A stretch of DNA of 64,000 nt from positions 56,245 to 120,244 of the forward strand of contig CAJFCJ010000071.1 in the NCBI GenBank assembly GCA_904063045.1. The letters are read 5' to 3'. The stretch is from Dimorphilus gyrociliatus (Eukaryota; Animalia; Annelida). Positions 12,247 through 23,545 of this stretch are shown here, piece after piece. The stretch's first letter is position 1, and every line of letters begins with the position of its first letter. The position numbers and the translations under genes are program-made. The notes beneath the pieces are model-generated. The model saw only the letters and a list, made by a program, of their open reading frames with translations, was not told the origin of the DNA and did not search any database.

Positions 12247-13091
12247 GGGTACAGGAGAAAATGTCCACTGGAGAAAACGTCCACTATAGAACTTCAAAGT
12301 AAGATATAAGATATTTGATAGATGGAGTTTTTAGAGAAATTTGACAGGAAAAAATGAATAATAAGAATTACAAATATTGAAATATTAATATATTGATTAA
12401 GTAAAAACAAGCATTATAACAAGAATGATTGAAAACAGTGTAACAACATTAAAGAATAAAGGTATTTTAAACTGGTGAATAAATGTCAGAAGCTTTATCA
12501 AGTAAGTCCAGGGAGGTAATTGAGGCAATTTCAAATTGTTCCCATAAGCTGAATATTTTGCTTTGAATATTCTGATATGCTTTTCTTTGCTGTCTACAAA
12601 TTTTCTTTTCACTCAGTAATTTTTTATATAGCTTTATCAGATCAGCTTCTCTTTTCAGTTCATCTAAAAGCAAATAGAATGCAGTGTTACAGCAAAGATT
12701 CTTGTTAAGCCTGTGATGCCAGCCTTCAAGATCATTATTTGTCCTTATAGCCTCACCATATACAGACCATACCTCTGGTTTATAAAATCCATTTATCCAT
12801 TGTGTCTCAATGTACTCCAATAGAGACTTCATTTCAATAGCACTTATTTCTTTAATAGTCTTAAAAGTTGGTTCTATCAGGTCAGAGGGCAGGAATGGTA
12901 ATGCCATTAATTTCTTCATGATTCTATATTCAGCTTTTTTCTCCTTGTACATCTTACATAATCCTAATTCCTGGAAATAAATATGTCAGTTCTATCTAGA
13001 GCTCACGTGCTAAATTAAAGTATTACTTGAATCTTTCTGTATATTGCCTGTGTCCAGTGAAAAACACACCCTTTAATGTTTGCTTCAGGAT
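12247..13091 (-). mobile_element. 3' half of a MULE transposon (transposase C-terminus plus 3' TIR), cut off by the adjacent MULE end
   Basis: IKGCVFHWTQAIYRKIQ, intron, MALPFLP...RTNNDLEGWHHRLN; terminus gggtacaggagaaaatgtccac at 12247. Confidence 0.88.
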
Positions 13092-13661
13092 GGGTGCAGG
13101 AGAAAATGTCCACAAGAGAAAACGTCCACAGGAGAAAACGTCCACAAATGAGGAGAAAATGTCCACAAATGAGGAGAAAACATCCACAAGAGAAAATGCC
13201 CACAGGAGAAAATGTCCACAAATGACGAGAAAACATCCACAAAAGCAAATGTCCACAGGAGAAAACTTCCATAACTTAGGAAAAAACATCAAGACTAATT
13301 TTTTATATGAACAATGGTTTAGAGATTAATATTTGGTATAGATAAAAAGGTTTAAATATTGTTATTGAGATTATAAAAATTATGCAATGATAGATCCGCC
13401 ATTTTGTTGAGGAACTATTTCCTGTTTATGTTTTCCTGTTTTTGGTTCCTTTCAAAAAAAATAGTTTTGTTAAAATACTATCTGTAAAAGATATTTACTA
13501 AGTTTAATTACAAAACATAGGAAAAATAGAAAAATTTGAATATCTTTGGATAGATCTTTTACATTTTTATCAACTTAAGGTGAGTTTATCATTAACTAAA
13601 TCAGGTTTTTGAAAATTTTGAGCAACCATTTTTGATAACTTTCACTTCTTGTTGATAGATA

Positions 13662-15645
13662 ATGGGATATTGCTACAAATGCAAGGAAAAAATGCTTGGA
13701 AGACAGAATAAAGAAAAATGTCAATTATGCCACCATTTGATAATGATTCATAAGAAATGTATTAAAGGTAAGTTTTAATTCAATTTTTAACAAATGGTAT
13801 TATTCTATATGATAATTGCATTAAACAGGAAATGATCTGTTTCTTTGCAACATTTGCCAAGACATTTCCAAGAGAACATGTTTGGTCACATTACAACATC
13901 TGTCTATCAACCAAATCAAAAGAATGGATTCTGTATTGGAAAAAGGAGTTGAGATAACAGATGAACAAGTAAGCACTGATGCTATAACTGAGAATGATGT
14001 TGTTAATAATGGTTCAGATGTTGAAAAAAATGGAAAACAAAATGATGTTGTGGAAGATAATTATGTTATTGTTGAAAACAATTATACAGAAGTAATGATT
14101 GGGTGTAACATTGAAATAACAACAGAAAATCTTTCATATAATTCAAATAATGTGATGGAAACTTCTTTCCAAAATTCTCCAACATCAAAAAAAGTGGATA
14201 TGGAGCCAACTTTCAAAGTTTTGAAAGGAATGAGTCAAAAAGGCCAAGATCTTTTAGCTTATGATGGTTATATATTTACAATAAAGATGAAAAGATTAAC
14301 AAAAACATTCTGGACATGCAGTGTAAGAAACAAGAACAACAAATGTCAAGTGTAATCAATTGGAAGATCATTTTTATCCTGGAAAAAACCTCATTCCCAT
14401 AAAAGAGAAGATGGACTGGAAAAGAAAATTACAATTAGAAAAGAAATTAAAAAATTGTGTGAAACTGAAACTTTCTTTTCTGGAAAAAGTATTAAAACAT
14501 CACTGTGACTCTGAAAATGCTATTCCATCAATGGATAATTGTGCCAGATTAGCAAATTGGACAAAAAGGAGATTTCAGCCAGCAGAGCCAACAGATGTCC
14601 ACTCAAATTTTGATTTATCATTTATACCTCATAATTTTTTGGTGAAAGATATTAAAATGAAAGATGACAGGATAATAATATTTTCAACTCCAAAACAAAT
14701 TGAGCTTTTGTCAAAGGGAAAGATATGGTTTTTTCGATGGTACATTCAAATGTGTTAGAGATCCATTTTACCAATTGTTCACTGTTCATGGATTCATTAA
14801 AAAACATGGAGAAATGAAACAAGTTCCCTTACTGTTTGCATTTATGGCCTCCAAGAAAAAGACAGCTTATAAGAAATTATTTCAGGTAAATGCTTTTCAA
14901 TTTGCAAAAACAAAATATTAAAAATGTTAAAACAGTCAATAAAGGAGCAGACCAATCAACATATACCAATGAAATTTGTTGTTGATTTTGAAAAGGGTAT
15001 CTGGAGAGCTTTGTCATCTGTTTATCCTGATGTTACAATTAAAGGATGTGTCCTTCACTGGACCCAATCAGTGCATAGAAAAATTCAGGTAATCCTTGTA
15101 ATCATTCACCATGAAAATATGAATATATATTTTAATTATAGGAATTGGGCTACTCCTGTGAATATAAAGCAAAAGGAGAGAGCTATCATACCATGAAAAA
15201 AATTATGGCATTACCATTTCTACCATCAAACATCATTGAGAGTGCATTTAAAAACATGGAGCAGACCACTTCAACACATTTAGGACCATTTATTGATTAC
15301 ATGAAGAACCAGTGGTTACATGGATATTACCCACCACACACTTGGTCTATATATGGTGAAGCAATCAGAACCAACAATGATCTGGAAGGATGGCACAACA
15401 GATTTAATAGGAATATTCATGCAAACTCCTCATTGTATGTGATCATTGATGAATTAAAGAGAGAAGCAGAGTTGATTACACTTTACAAAAAATTATTAAG
15501 TGAGAGAAAGATCTGTAGACAGCAAAGAAAACCATATCAGAAAATTCAAAGTCAGATTTTTGGTATATGGGAGCAATTTGAAGTTAGATCAGTATCTGCA
15601 TCAGAGTTATTAGAAAAGGCAGCAAGCATTTATATTACATCATGA
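13662..15645 (+). pseudogene. MULE transposase: PHD finger - acidic linker - FLYWCH-like - DDE core, with at least 3 short introns and frameshifts
   Basis: MGYCYKC...CQLC..IHKKC/FLCNIC; DGYIF...WTCSVRNK; FDGTFK, VVDFE, GCVLHW, RTNNDLEGWHNRFN; GT-AG introns at 13768-13828 and about 15089-15140. Confidence 0.88.
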
Positions 15646-15801
15646 ACAACTTTAGCTGGTTACAAAAAACTTAGAAATTTTTAGAAAGCCTTATCAGAAA
15701 ATTCAAAGTCAGATCTTTGGCTTATGGGAGCAATTTGAGGTCAGATTAATATCTGCATCAGATTTATTGGAAAAGGCAGCCAGCATTTATATTGCATCAT
15801 A
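15533..15801 (+). repeat. Duplication of about 110 bp of the transposase 3' end
   Basis: atcagaaaattcaaagtcagat...gcatttatatt(a/g)catcat occurs at about 15533 and 15690. Confidence 0.85.
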
Positions 15802-15994
15802 ACTCATTCATTTAGCTTGTTACCATGTTATAAACTTAGTCTTTTATAATTTTTTTGCAGTTTGTTTTGTAGTTATTAGTTTTTGTTTTCAACATATCAA
15901 AATATCATAAATACAAATTATATATTTATTCTCTCAATTTTCCTTTTCATCTTAATCTCCAAAGGTTTTAAAAAGAAAAATTCTCTTTCACTAT

Positions 15995-16629
15995 TGTACT
16001 GCTCTTGCTGGCAAAATCTATGCGTTTGCAAGTTATAACAATACTGGTTCTACTCGAACCTTTAAACAAATGTTTAAATTAAAATGGTTTATTCGCAATA
16101 ATAATACTTAAGCAAGTAACAATATGAGAGTTCAATAGCAGAGTAGATAGTTTGTAATAGCAGGTTGCCAAATTACCAAACTGTCTTCCAATGTTGAGGA
16201 GTAGATGGATGGTTCCAGTGGAGGTTGTTTCCAGATGATTTTCCCAGGTCCTTGGGTCCAGATGGAAGCTGCATGCCAAATGAGAATAATGAGGATTTAT
16301 ATACTTTGAGGTTTGTCTCTGACATCCAATCATCACTTTACAGTTGCCGAAATGTGTAGTTCATATTTATCTTTAGTAACAGGATGTTACAAGGTTCAAC
16401 ATTTAGGAAGGTTAATTGAATTATAACTTGGCCACACCCTAGGCAAGTTAATTAAATTATAACTTGGCCAAACCTTTATTGGTAATTAAAGATGAACCTT
16501 CAAGCTGACTAATCAGACTTATGTTTGGCCAATGTTATAGCATTTTCTTGCGTAGGTTTTAAGATGTACATGTATATGTTGCATAAAATAATAGAGTTCA
16601 AGCATGTAAAATATAACCAAAGTTGTACA
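15995..16629 (-). repeat. Solo LTR, 635 bp, inserted inside the MULE
   Basis: Reverse complement of 4606-5240; 4-bp TSD ctat at 15991-15994 and 16630-16633. Confidence 0.96.
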
Positions 16630-17429
16630 CTATGGACATTTTCTCCTCAGTTGTGGATGTTTTCTCCTGTAGACGTTTTTTTCTTGTGGACGTTTTCTCC
16701 TGTGAACATTTTCTCTTGTGGATGTTTTCTCCTCAGTTGTGGACATTTTCTCTTGTGGACGTTTTCTCCATAAACCATAAAACAGTATGCAAAGCTTATT
16801 AAACAAAATATTTGTATAGTCAACTTCATGATCAACTTTTAAACAGCAAAAGAAACTCTTTTCACAGAGTATAACTTTCTTAAATAACAACTTGCTTTTA
16901 TACTGAAAATTTCATTTTTGCTGATTTTTCATTTGTAAGCAAATTTCAATCAACTATTAACCTTTTCTTTATTTACTGTATAAGTCAATTTTTCAACAAT
17001 AGCAATAAACAACAAAAATACTTTTTTAATACTTTCACCTTTTAATAATGAGCACATGCTGTTGTTTGAACTAACATTTGAATGATGATTGACATTTTAT
17101 GCTACTTTAGTTAATTTTTCAATAATTTAATCACTTTTTGATGTAATAAAAATATGTTGTTACTTTAAGTTAGAGAACCATATGAACAACCTGAAAATTG
17201 AGTAAACAAGTTTTACATTGAAATTAAAGTATTTAACTGCTTTCAACTTTTGTTCATTCTTTTTCATGAATGGAATAGAATTGATTTTGACCTTGGCTTT
17301 TGTTTGGACGTAGAAATTTATTATTACTAAATTTTGATTCCTATTTACTCTGAAAATGACATGACCTAATTTCTTCCATTCACAGAATATGTAACCAATG
17401 TTGCTAAGATTAGATTAAACAGAGACTAC

Positions 17430-18057
17430 TTTACCACTCTTGCTTGGCAAATTTATGCATTTGCAAGTTACAACAGTGCTGGTTCTACTCGAATCTTTAA
17501 ACAAAGTGTTTAATTTAAATGGTTTACTTGAAATAAACTACTTTAGCTGGTAACAACATAAAAGATCAATAGCAGATTAGACAGTTTGTAATAGCAGGTT
17601 GCCAAATTACCAAACTAATGTCCATTGTTGAAAGGGTATAAGGTTTGTCCCAGTGGTTGCCTCCAGTTGATCTTTCCAGTTCAAGGTAAGACAGTTAGAG
17701 TAAAACAGTTAGGGTTTATATAATTGCAGGTTTGTCTCCAATATCCAATCACTACTTCACTGTAGGTGGTCTAGGAACAATATGTTACAAAGTTGAACAG
17801 ATGATAAAGCTAATTATTCATACTTTGGCCAAATGCTAAACAAGCTCATTAATCTTAACTTGGCCAAACCCTAAACAAGCTCATCAATCACAACTTGGCC
17901 AAACCTTAAGTTGCACTTAAACATGAACCTAAAATATGACCAGGCAAGGTCTGAGTTTGGCCAAATGATGATTAATTGTATTTCTGGCATAGGTTTTTGA
18001 ATAAGTGGTATATAGTAGCATAATAGTATAAATATCAAATATATAAAAAGTTGTACA
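17430..18057 (-). repeat. Solo LTR of a diverged sister family, 628 bp
   Basis: Ends ...aaagttgtaca; U5-like end homologous to the 635-bp LTR; 4-bp TSD ctac at 17426-17429 and 18058-18061. Confidence 0.85.
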
Positions 18058-18097
18058 CTACTAAGCCAAGTAATTTGTAATAATTTTAAAAAGACTT

Positions 18098-20600
18098 CTA
18101 ATGCACTTCAATTAAATTCTTCATTACTTTTGTATGATTAAATTGAATAATAAGATTTTCAAATTCATTTGCAGCATTCCATATTTTTCCTAAATCATGT
18201 TTAACTAGATTTTCAAGAATAGTGAATACAAATTGACTATCTTTAGCTGCGTAGTGACTGAAATTCATTTCAGAATTAAATTCATCAGCATTATTGGCTT
18301 TTACAAGAGAATGTGCCACTTTTGTTATAAAATATGAATCTGAGAAGCTATAGTCAAAAGAGAACATATAACTATTAAATGGATTCAATGCTGATGTCCA
18401 TTTCTCTCCAAATGATTTTAATATATTTTCTAATTGACTTTCAACAAATGATACAATTTTTGTTTTATTCTCTCCATTAGCTTTCATTGTTTCAAGTTGT
18501 TTATATCTTTCCAAAATGGCTGACCATATTTTTATAGATTTAGCAAATTTTTCATCCTTCTTTCCATTACCAATTTCAACTATAACCATAATAATATGAT
18601 GGTGAAAATAGTCCAGTCTCGTTCCAAGAAATCCAAGCAAATTTATTTTAAAATCCTCTTTTGAAGATTCTAAAATGATGCAGAAAAACTCTGAAATCCA
18701 TCTTTTGGCAATGTCATTGGCAGGAAATTCAAAATGTAAATGTTTTTGAAGTAAATGAATTACAGTATTTCTCAGTAAATTTCTGTTCTTTTCCCAAAAT
18801 TTTAATACATTTTCAATAATCTTATGTTTGCTTGAATTGCATTTTTTTGGTTGAGTGGTAATTAGGTCAAAGAGGTCAATCTTTTCAAGGTCATTATATA
18901 TGCTTAAAAAGTTTTTTGCTATCTTGATATAGTTTATCCAAAGTAAAGGATTTTGTTTATTAAATAGAAAATCTTTTAATGCTTTTATACTATAGAAGAA
19001 TTTTCAACATACACCAAATATACTGAAGAAGCAGAAATTCCCACAATTACAATACAACAAAGTACAAATATGGCGCAGTCGACAGCCCACAATTCAACTT
19101 TAAGGAATGATATTTTGGTTTATGAAAGTGACAAAACCAGAGCAAAGGAAATAGATGAGTGTCTCTCTAAAATAAAGCCGTGATTTATCTCAAAAAACAT
19201 GATAATTATCTGTACTAGTCAAATGAATGTCACACAATAATGTATGTATGGAGCACCATTCAAAACTAGGCTAACTCTGCTATACTAATTCAATATTACT
19301 TATTTGCTTAGCAGGATAAATCTGACACAAACATTCAAGTTGAATCATTCAGTCCAACCCTCTCAGCCTTAGAGTAACACATTTCAAATTTTAAGACAAA
19401 TTGCTAACACCATGTGTTAATTGGATTATTTTTTCATTTAGTATATGTGAAAATATGTGAAATTGTGTTTGATTAAAAATATTTGTCTGTCATTTTAAAC
19501 AATATCCTGCTCAATAATTATCCTGAAAAATCTATTTTTCAGGGATAGCATTATCGCAGATTAAAATTAATGAAATCAGATAATGTTTTGTCTTGAACAA
19601 ATGATAAAGATGTGTTTATGAATTTTACTTGACTACTTACAACACTTTCCTTCAAGCAGACCTACATAAATAATAGTGTCAGAATAAACTGAATCAGCTG
19701 TATAGATCGTTCTAGAGTTTAAATAACAAATATTATTATCCAGTCTGTAATCAATAGATCTGAAAAATTTTTCAAAATGCTTGAAATTTCAACATTTTTT
19801 ATAAATTCCTACTTGCAATTATCAATTGTAAAGCATAACTCCAAGCAAGATTTCCATGAATCAAAAGGGATTCCCTTGCCTGAATTTCCAGGGAGTCTTA
19901 TGTCATATCGTGGGATTGGTGTGTTCAGCATCTCATATAAACAATCTTTCAATAGAGAAAGAGTGTAGAAAACAATGTTCTGTATAGAAGTTATATTTTA
20001 ATACAATATCAACTTTCGTAATATCACTTTTAAATGGTATTCATTTGATTAAATCATCCATAACTATTGTTTTCACTTTCAACATCGGTTTACTAGGCTT
20101 TTTCAATTCAGCTGCAAATTTCCCTTTTTTGATAAAAATAATTCATACTACAATTTATTTTAAGCCCAATCATGCATAAGTCTTCACTATACTTCAACAG
20201 TCTTCCCCATTCACATTTCTCGAATCAGAATCTTTTTTAAAAGGATCATAAACTGCTCATAAAAGTTTTTAAATTTAAATTTTGTTTCTATGAATTCTTT
20301 TCCAAAATGGTCTAATTTTTTCTATTTCTATATCAAAAATTTGCCCAAAGCCTGGCATCCTTGTGTCATTTCCAAAAAGGAAACCATAGTATAGAATGGC
20401 TGTCTTCTTTCCTATTTTTTTCACAGCTGTCTCTAAGTCTAAGAAGAAATCCTTATCCAAATCAAAGTCATAATTGACTTCTCTTGTTCTGACCTTGACA
20501 TTTCCTAAGGAATGTTGTAAAATGAGCTTTATTGAAACAGATAACGTTGCATATCTCCTTTTGTTTCAATTTCATATAAAATAAACTATTTTAATTTTTC
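18098..20600 (-). pseudogene. Decayed NACHT/STAND NTPase (NLR-like) gene
   Basis: Minus strand KKILIREM*MGKTVEV**RLMHDWA (Walker A plus DWA) near 20220; LLIHGNL...LIIASRN (sensor-1-like) near 19830; a 180-aa helical ORF downstream; many stops. Confidence 0.55.
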
Positions 20601-20889
20601 ACATTAATCGACATATAGACAGAATCAATAGTGGAAATTATCCATCAATAAGTATTGAACTAAACCTAAAAAGTTAATCAATGTCAATTTATTGGAAATG
20701 ATTGATTCTTGCACAGGTGTAAAAGGTAGAATATTAATAGCTCTGTTTTTCATACTGTGTACTTGAAAGCAATAAAAAATATCAGCTAAGAATAATTCCA
20801 ACCAAAAAGAAAAGAAAAAATCTGTTATGTGCATTTCAGTTTGTTACAAAATGATTTTTAGAAAACTATAGACTTAATCATTAAATTTA

Positions 20890-20975
20890 AACATTTATTA
20901 AAAGGTTCAAGTAGAATCAGTACTGTTGTAAGTTTGCAAATGAATAAATTGGCTAAGCAAAGGGTAGTACATTAC
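20890..20975 (+). repeat. LTR 3'-end (U5) fragment
   Basis: aaaggttcaagtagaatcagtactgttgtaagtttgcaaa...gtagtaca resembles 5170-5240. Confidence 0.7.
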
Positions 20976-21133
20976 CACCTATTGATTTTTTTAATTACAA
21001 GACTAATCTTGCCACTAAATTAAACAGGTATAAAAAGCCTTTACTGTATTTTAACACATTATTACTATTTTTTTTTCAATTTAGTTTTATAGATAAATTT
21101 ATCCAATCTTCCTTCAAGGAGGGACTTTAACAA

Positions 21134-21341
21134 GGGATCAACAGAAAACGGCCCCAAGAAGGATATATGAAGGCAGCATTTTGGGTTAAGAAATGGTTAG
21201 GAGGAAAAGAGCATTTATTGATTTGTAGTTAAGGGGGTCCCATCTAAGGGTTAGGAGTAATGAAAAAGGGTTAGGGATACATTAGGGATGGTTTAGGGTT
21301 AGGGTAAAACCATGCTTTTGGGGCTGTTTTCTGTCGCATCC
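21134..21341 (-). mobile_element. Telomeric-repeat MITE, diverged copy
   Basis: gaaaacggccccaa...ggggctgttttc termini; flanks ctttaacaa/ctttagcaa (8 of 9 match). Confidence 0.85.
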
Positions 21342-21546
21342 CTTTAGCAATTATTTATTTTTTATCTTTATTTTCATTTTTATTCTTAATTTTTGTCTTC
21401 TTTACTCATTCATTTAATTTTTTAGCTTTAGCTTTATTTAATTGTATATTACTCATATTTTCAATGTTCTTTTTGTTTGAATTTCAATACAAACTTTTCA
21501 GCATATTTATGGTTTCTCCTATTTTCTGTTATTTATATATTTAAAT

Positions 21547-22639
21547 GAGTATGGGAAAAAACGTCCCAAGGTTGGGAAAAACAAGTAGTGGGAAAAGATA
21601 TTTGAATTTTAAAAAGATTGCTCTATTTTGGGAACGAATGACAATATACTGAGAATATAATAATTAATAATGAATATATGTTTATTTAAATGTATTAAAA
21701 ATGAAAAAAGCTAAGAATGTTATACAAAGTTTAAAACTTACTAGAATAAAGTAAAAATTATGCTAAGACTCTTCTGTAAGAGGACAGCAGATGTAACCAT
21801 TCCCAATCTGTATTCATCCCAAACAGCAAATACTTGGTCCGGCTTCTGGATGACACTTTTCTTCTGATACTTCTTTAGCCTTTTTTCTGATAGAAGTTTC
21901 TCTACAACTGGAATAAGACTTGATTCCTGTTTTAAAATATCTATGAGCATATCAAATGAGCCTATTGCAGGAGTCTTTTCATTTATTCTTCTGTGCCATC
22001 CTTCAACATCATTGTTAGTGCTGATGGCAAGACCAAATACAGACCAACAATTTGGTGTCCAAATTGAATGCTTAATCCAAGTACTTTCAATGTTTCTGTA
22101 AAAATAAATTAACTTTCAAATATCAAATATGGCTGCCAATACAAAAATTATAAATAATAACTGACAGGAGAGAAGGGTTCTTAAAAAATGTATAATCTTG
22201 TAATATTCAAAAAAACCAAATCAATACAAGAGTTTCAATGCTTAAAAAACAAATTAGCCTGAAAATATGCCAAGAACTGCAAAATTTATGTTTCACTTAC
22301 AGACAATAGAAGGAAATAATTCATTTCTCTTTTAATAGCATTACATAATTCAGAGAAAACTGGTAAAAACATCACAATACATATACCTTTCTTCAAAAAT
22401 ATTAATATTTTATTCTATAAATGAAGTAAACAGCAAAAGAGAAAAACATTTCTGATTATAAGTATCAATAATTATGCCAAGTATATCTTTAGCCAGGCAT
22501 AGGAAGTTTTTTCCCAAGCTTTAGGACGTTTTTTCCCAACAATTAGGATGTTTTTTCCCAACAATTAGAACATTTTTTCCCACCCTGGGACGTTTTTTCC
22601 CAGGGACGTTTTTTCCCAAGGACGTTTCTTCCCGACCTC
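21547..22639 (-). mobile_element. Non-autonomous MULE (GGGAAAAAACGTCCC repeat family) with a transposase 3' remnant
   Basis: TIRs gagtatgggaaaaaacgtccc / ggacgtttcttcccgacctc, tandem ggacgttttttccc array, flanking direct repeat atttaaat; minus strand WSVFGLAISTNNDVEGWHRRIN. Confidence 0.88.
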
Positions 22640-23545
22640 ATTTAAATTATCATATAGCCATTTCTTTTTAAATAAATTTTTGCTTTATAAATTTGAACAT
22701 GTTCTGGCTTGTCTCAATTGTGTGGGCTTGAAACAAAAATATCCATACAAACATGTGTTTTATCTCAAAAATAGGTAACAGTCTATTAAAAAATCCCTCT
22801 CATAATGAATACTGTTGTTTGTACTAAAATAAAAGTTAATTGTATATGATTACACAAGAGTAGACCAAAAAATTATGTTTGCTTCATCCATTTTCATGTC
22901 TATGTGTCAAAAAGTGAAAAGAGTCATATTCCATTTTTGACCCATTTTTCCTTCCTTGTCTTTAAAATGTGTCTGATTTAAACTTTTTATAAGCTCATTT
23001 TTAGCTGTATTTTAAATATTAGGCCTATTTTTCATATTATAAAATTATATATAAATAACAATACAATGTAAATATTTAACGCCTATTGTTCATTAAACAA
23101 TACTATTTTAACAAAGATATTCTCTGGATACAAGCAATTAAATAGAAGATCAATTTTGTTTTAATTCTTAACAATTAACATTTCTTTACATAAACATAAA
23201 AATATTGTATCTAATAACAATAATAGATATTTTTCACTTGGATAGAAAACTATGACAAGTCTATTACTGGTCAAATACTTCTTTTTCTTCATTGCATCAT
23301 CCTCATTTAAAATCTCAGGTTAGTTTATGTTAATTCCAATTAGTTATGTTATTGAAATTTTTGTTTGAATCTTAAAAAGAAAAAAGCTGTTTTTGAATTT
23401 TTGTCTTTAGATCATGAAAAACTTATTTTAGAATTGACATAGATTTTTTCTATTAAACCAAACCTTATCTTATTTGCAATTTGTTAGACTAGACTAATAT
23501 TCTGATATAAGATTATACGCTAAATTATTTAGACACTAATTAATC

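Larger units (their letters stand above)
13092..16776 (+). mobile_element. Near full-length MULE (Mutator-like) transposon with repeat-rich TIRs; contains a solo LTR
   Basis: Tandem ggagaaaa(t/c)gtccaca arrays at 13099-13270 and inverted at 16634-16769; intron-containing transposase between them; no matching TSD seen. Confidence 0.9.

Noticed and set aside
13099-13270. Short direct-repeat arrays (also 8727-8800, 22500-22640, 44320-44380) as possible CRISPR arrays
   Set aside because: No unique spacers of regular length, no cas genes, eukaryotic context; they are subterminal transposon repeats
13015-13329. ORFs with repetitive FSCG/CPQ peptides (also 16525-16890)
   Set aside because: They are translations of MULE TIR tandem repeats, not genes
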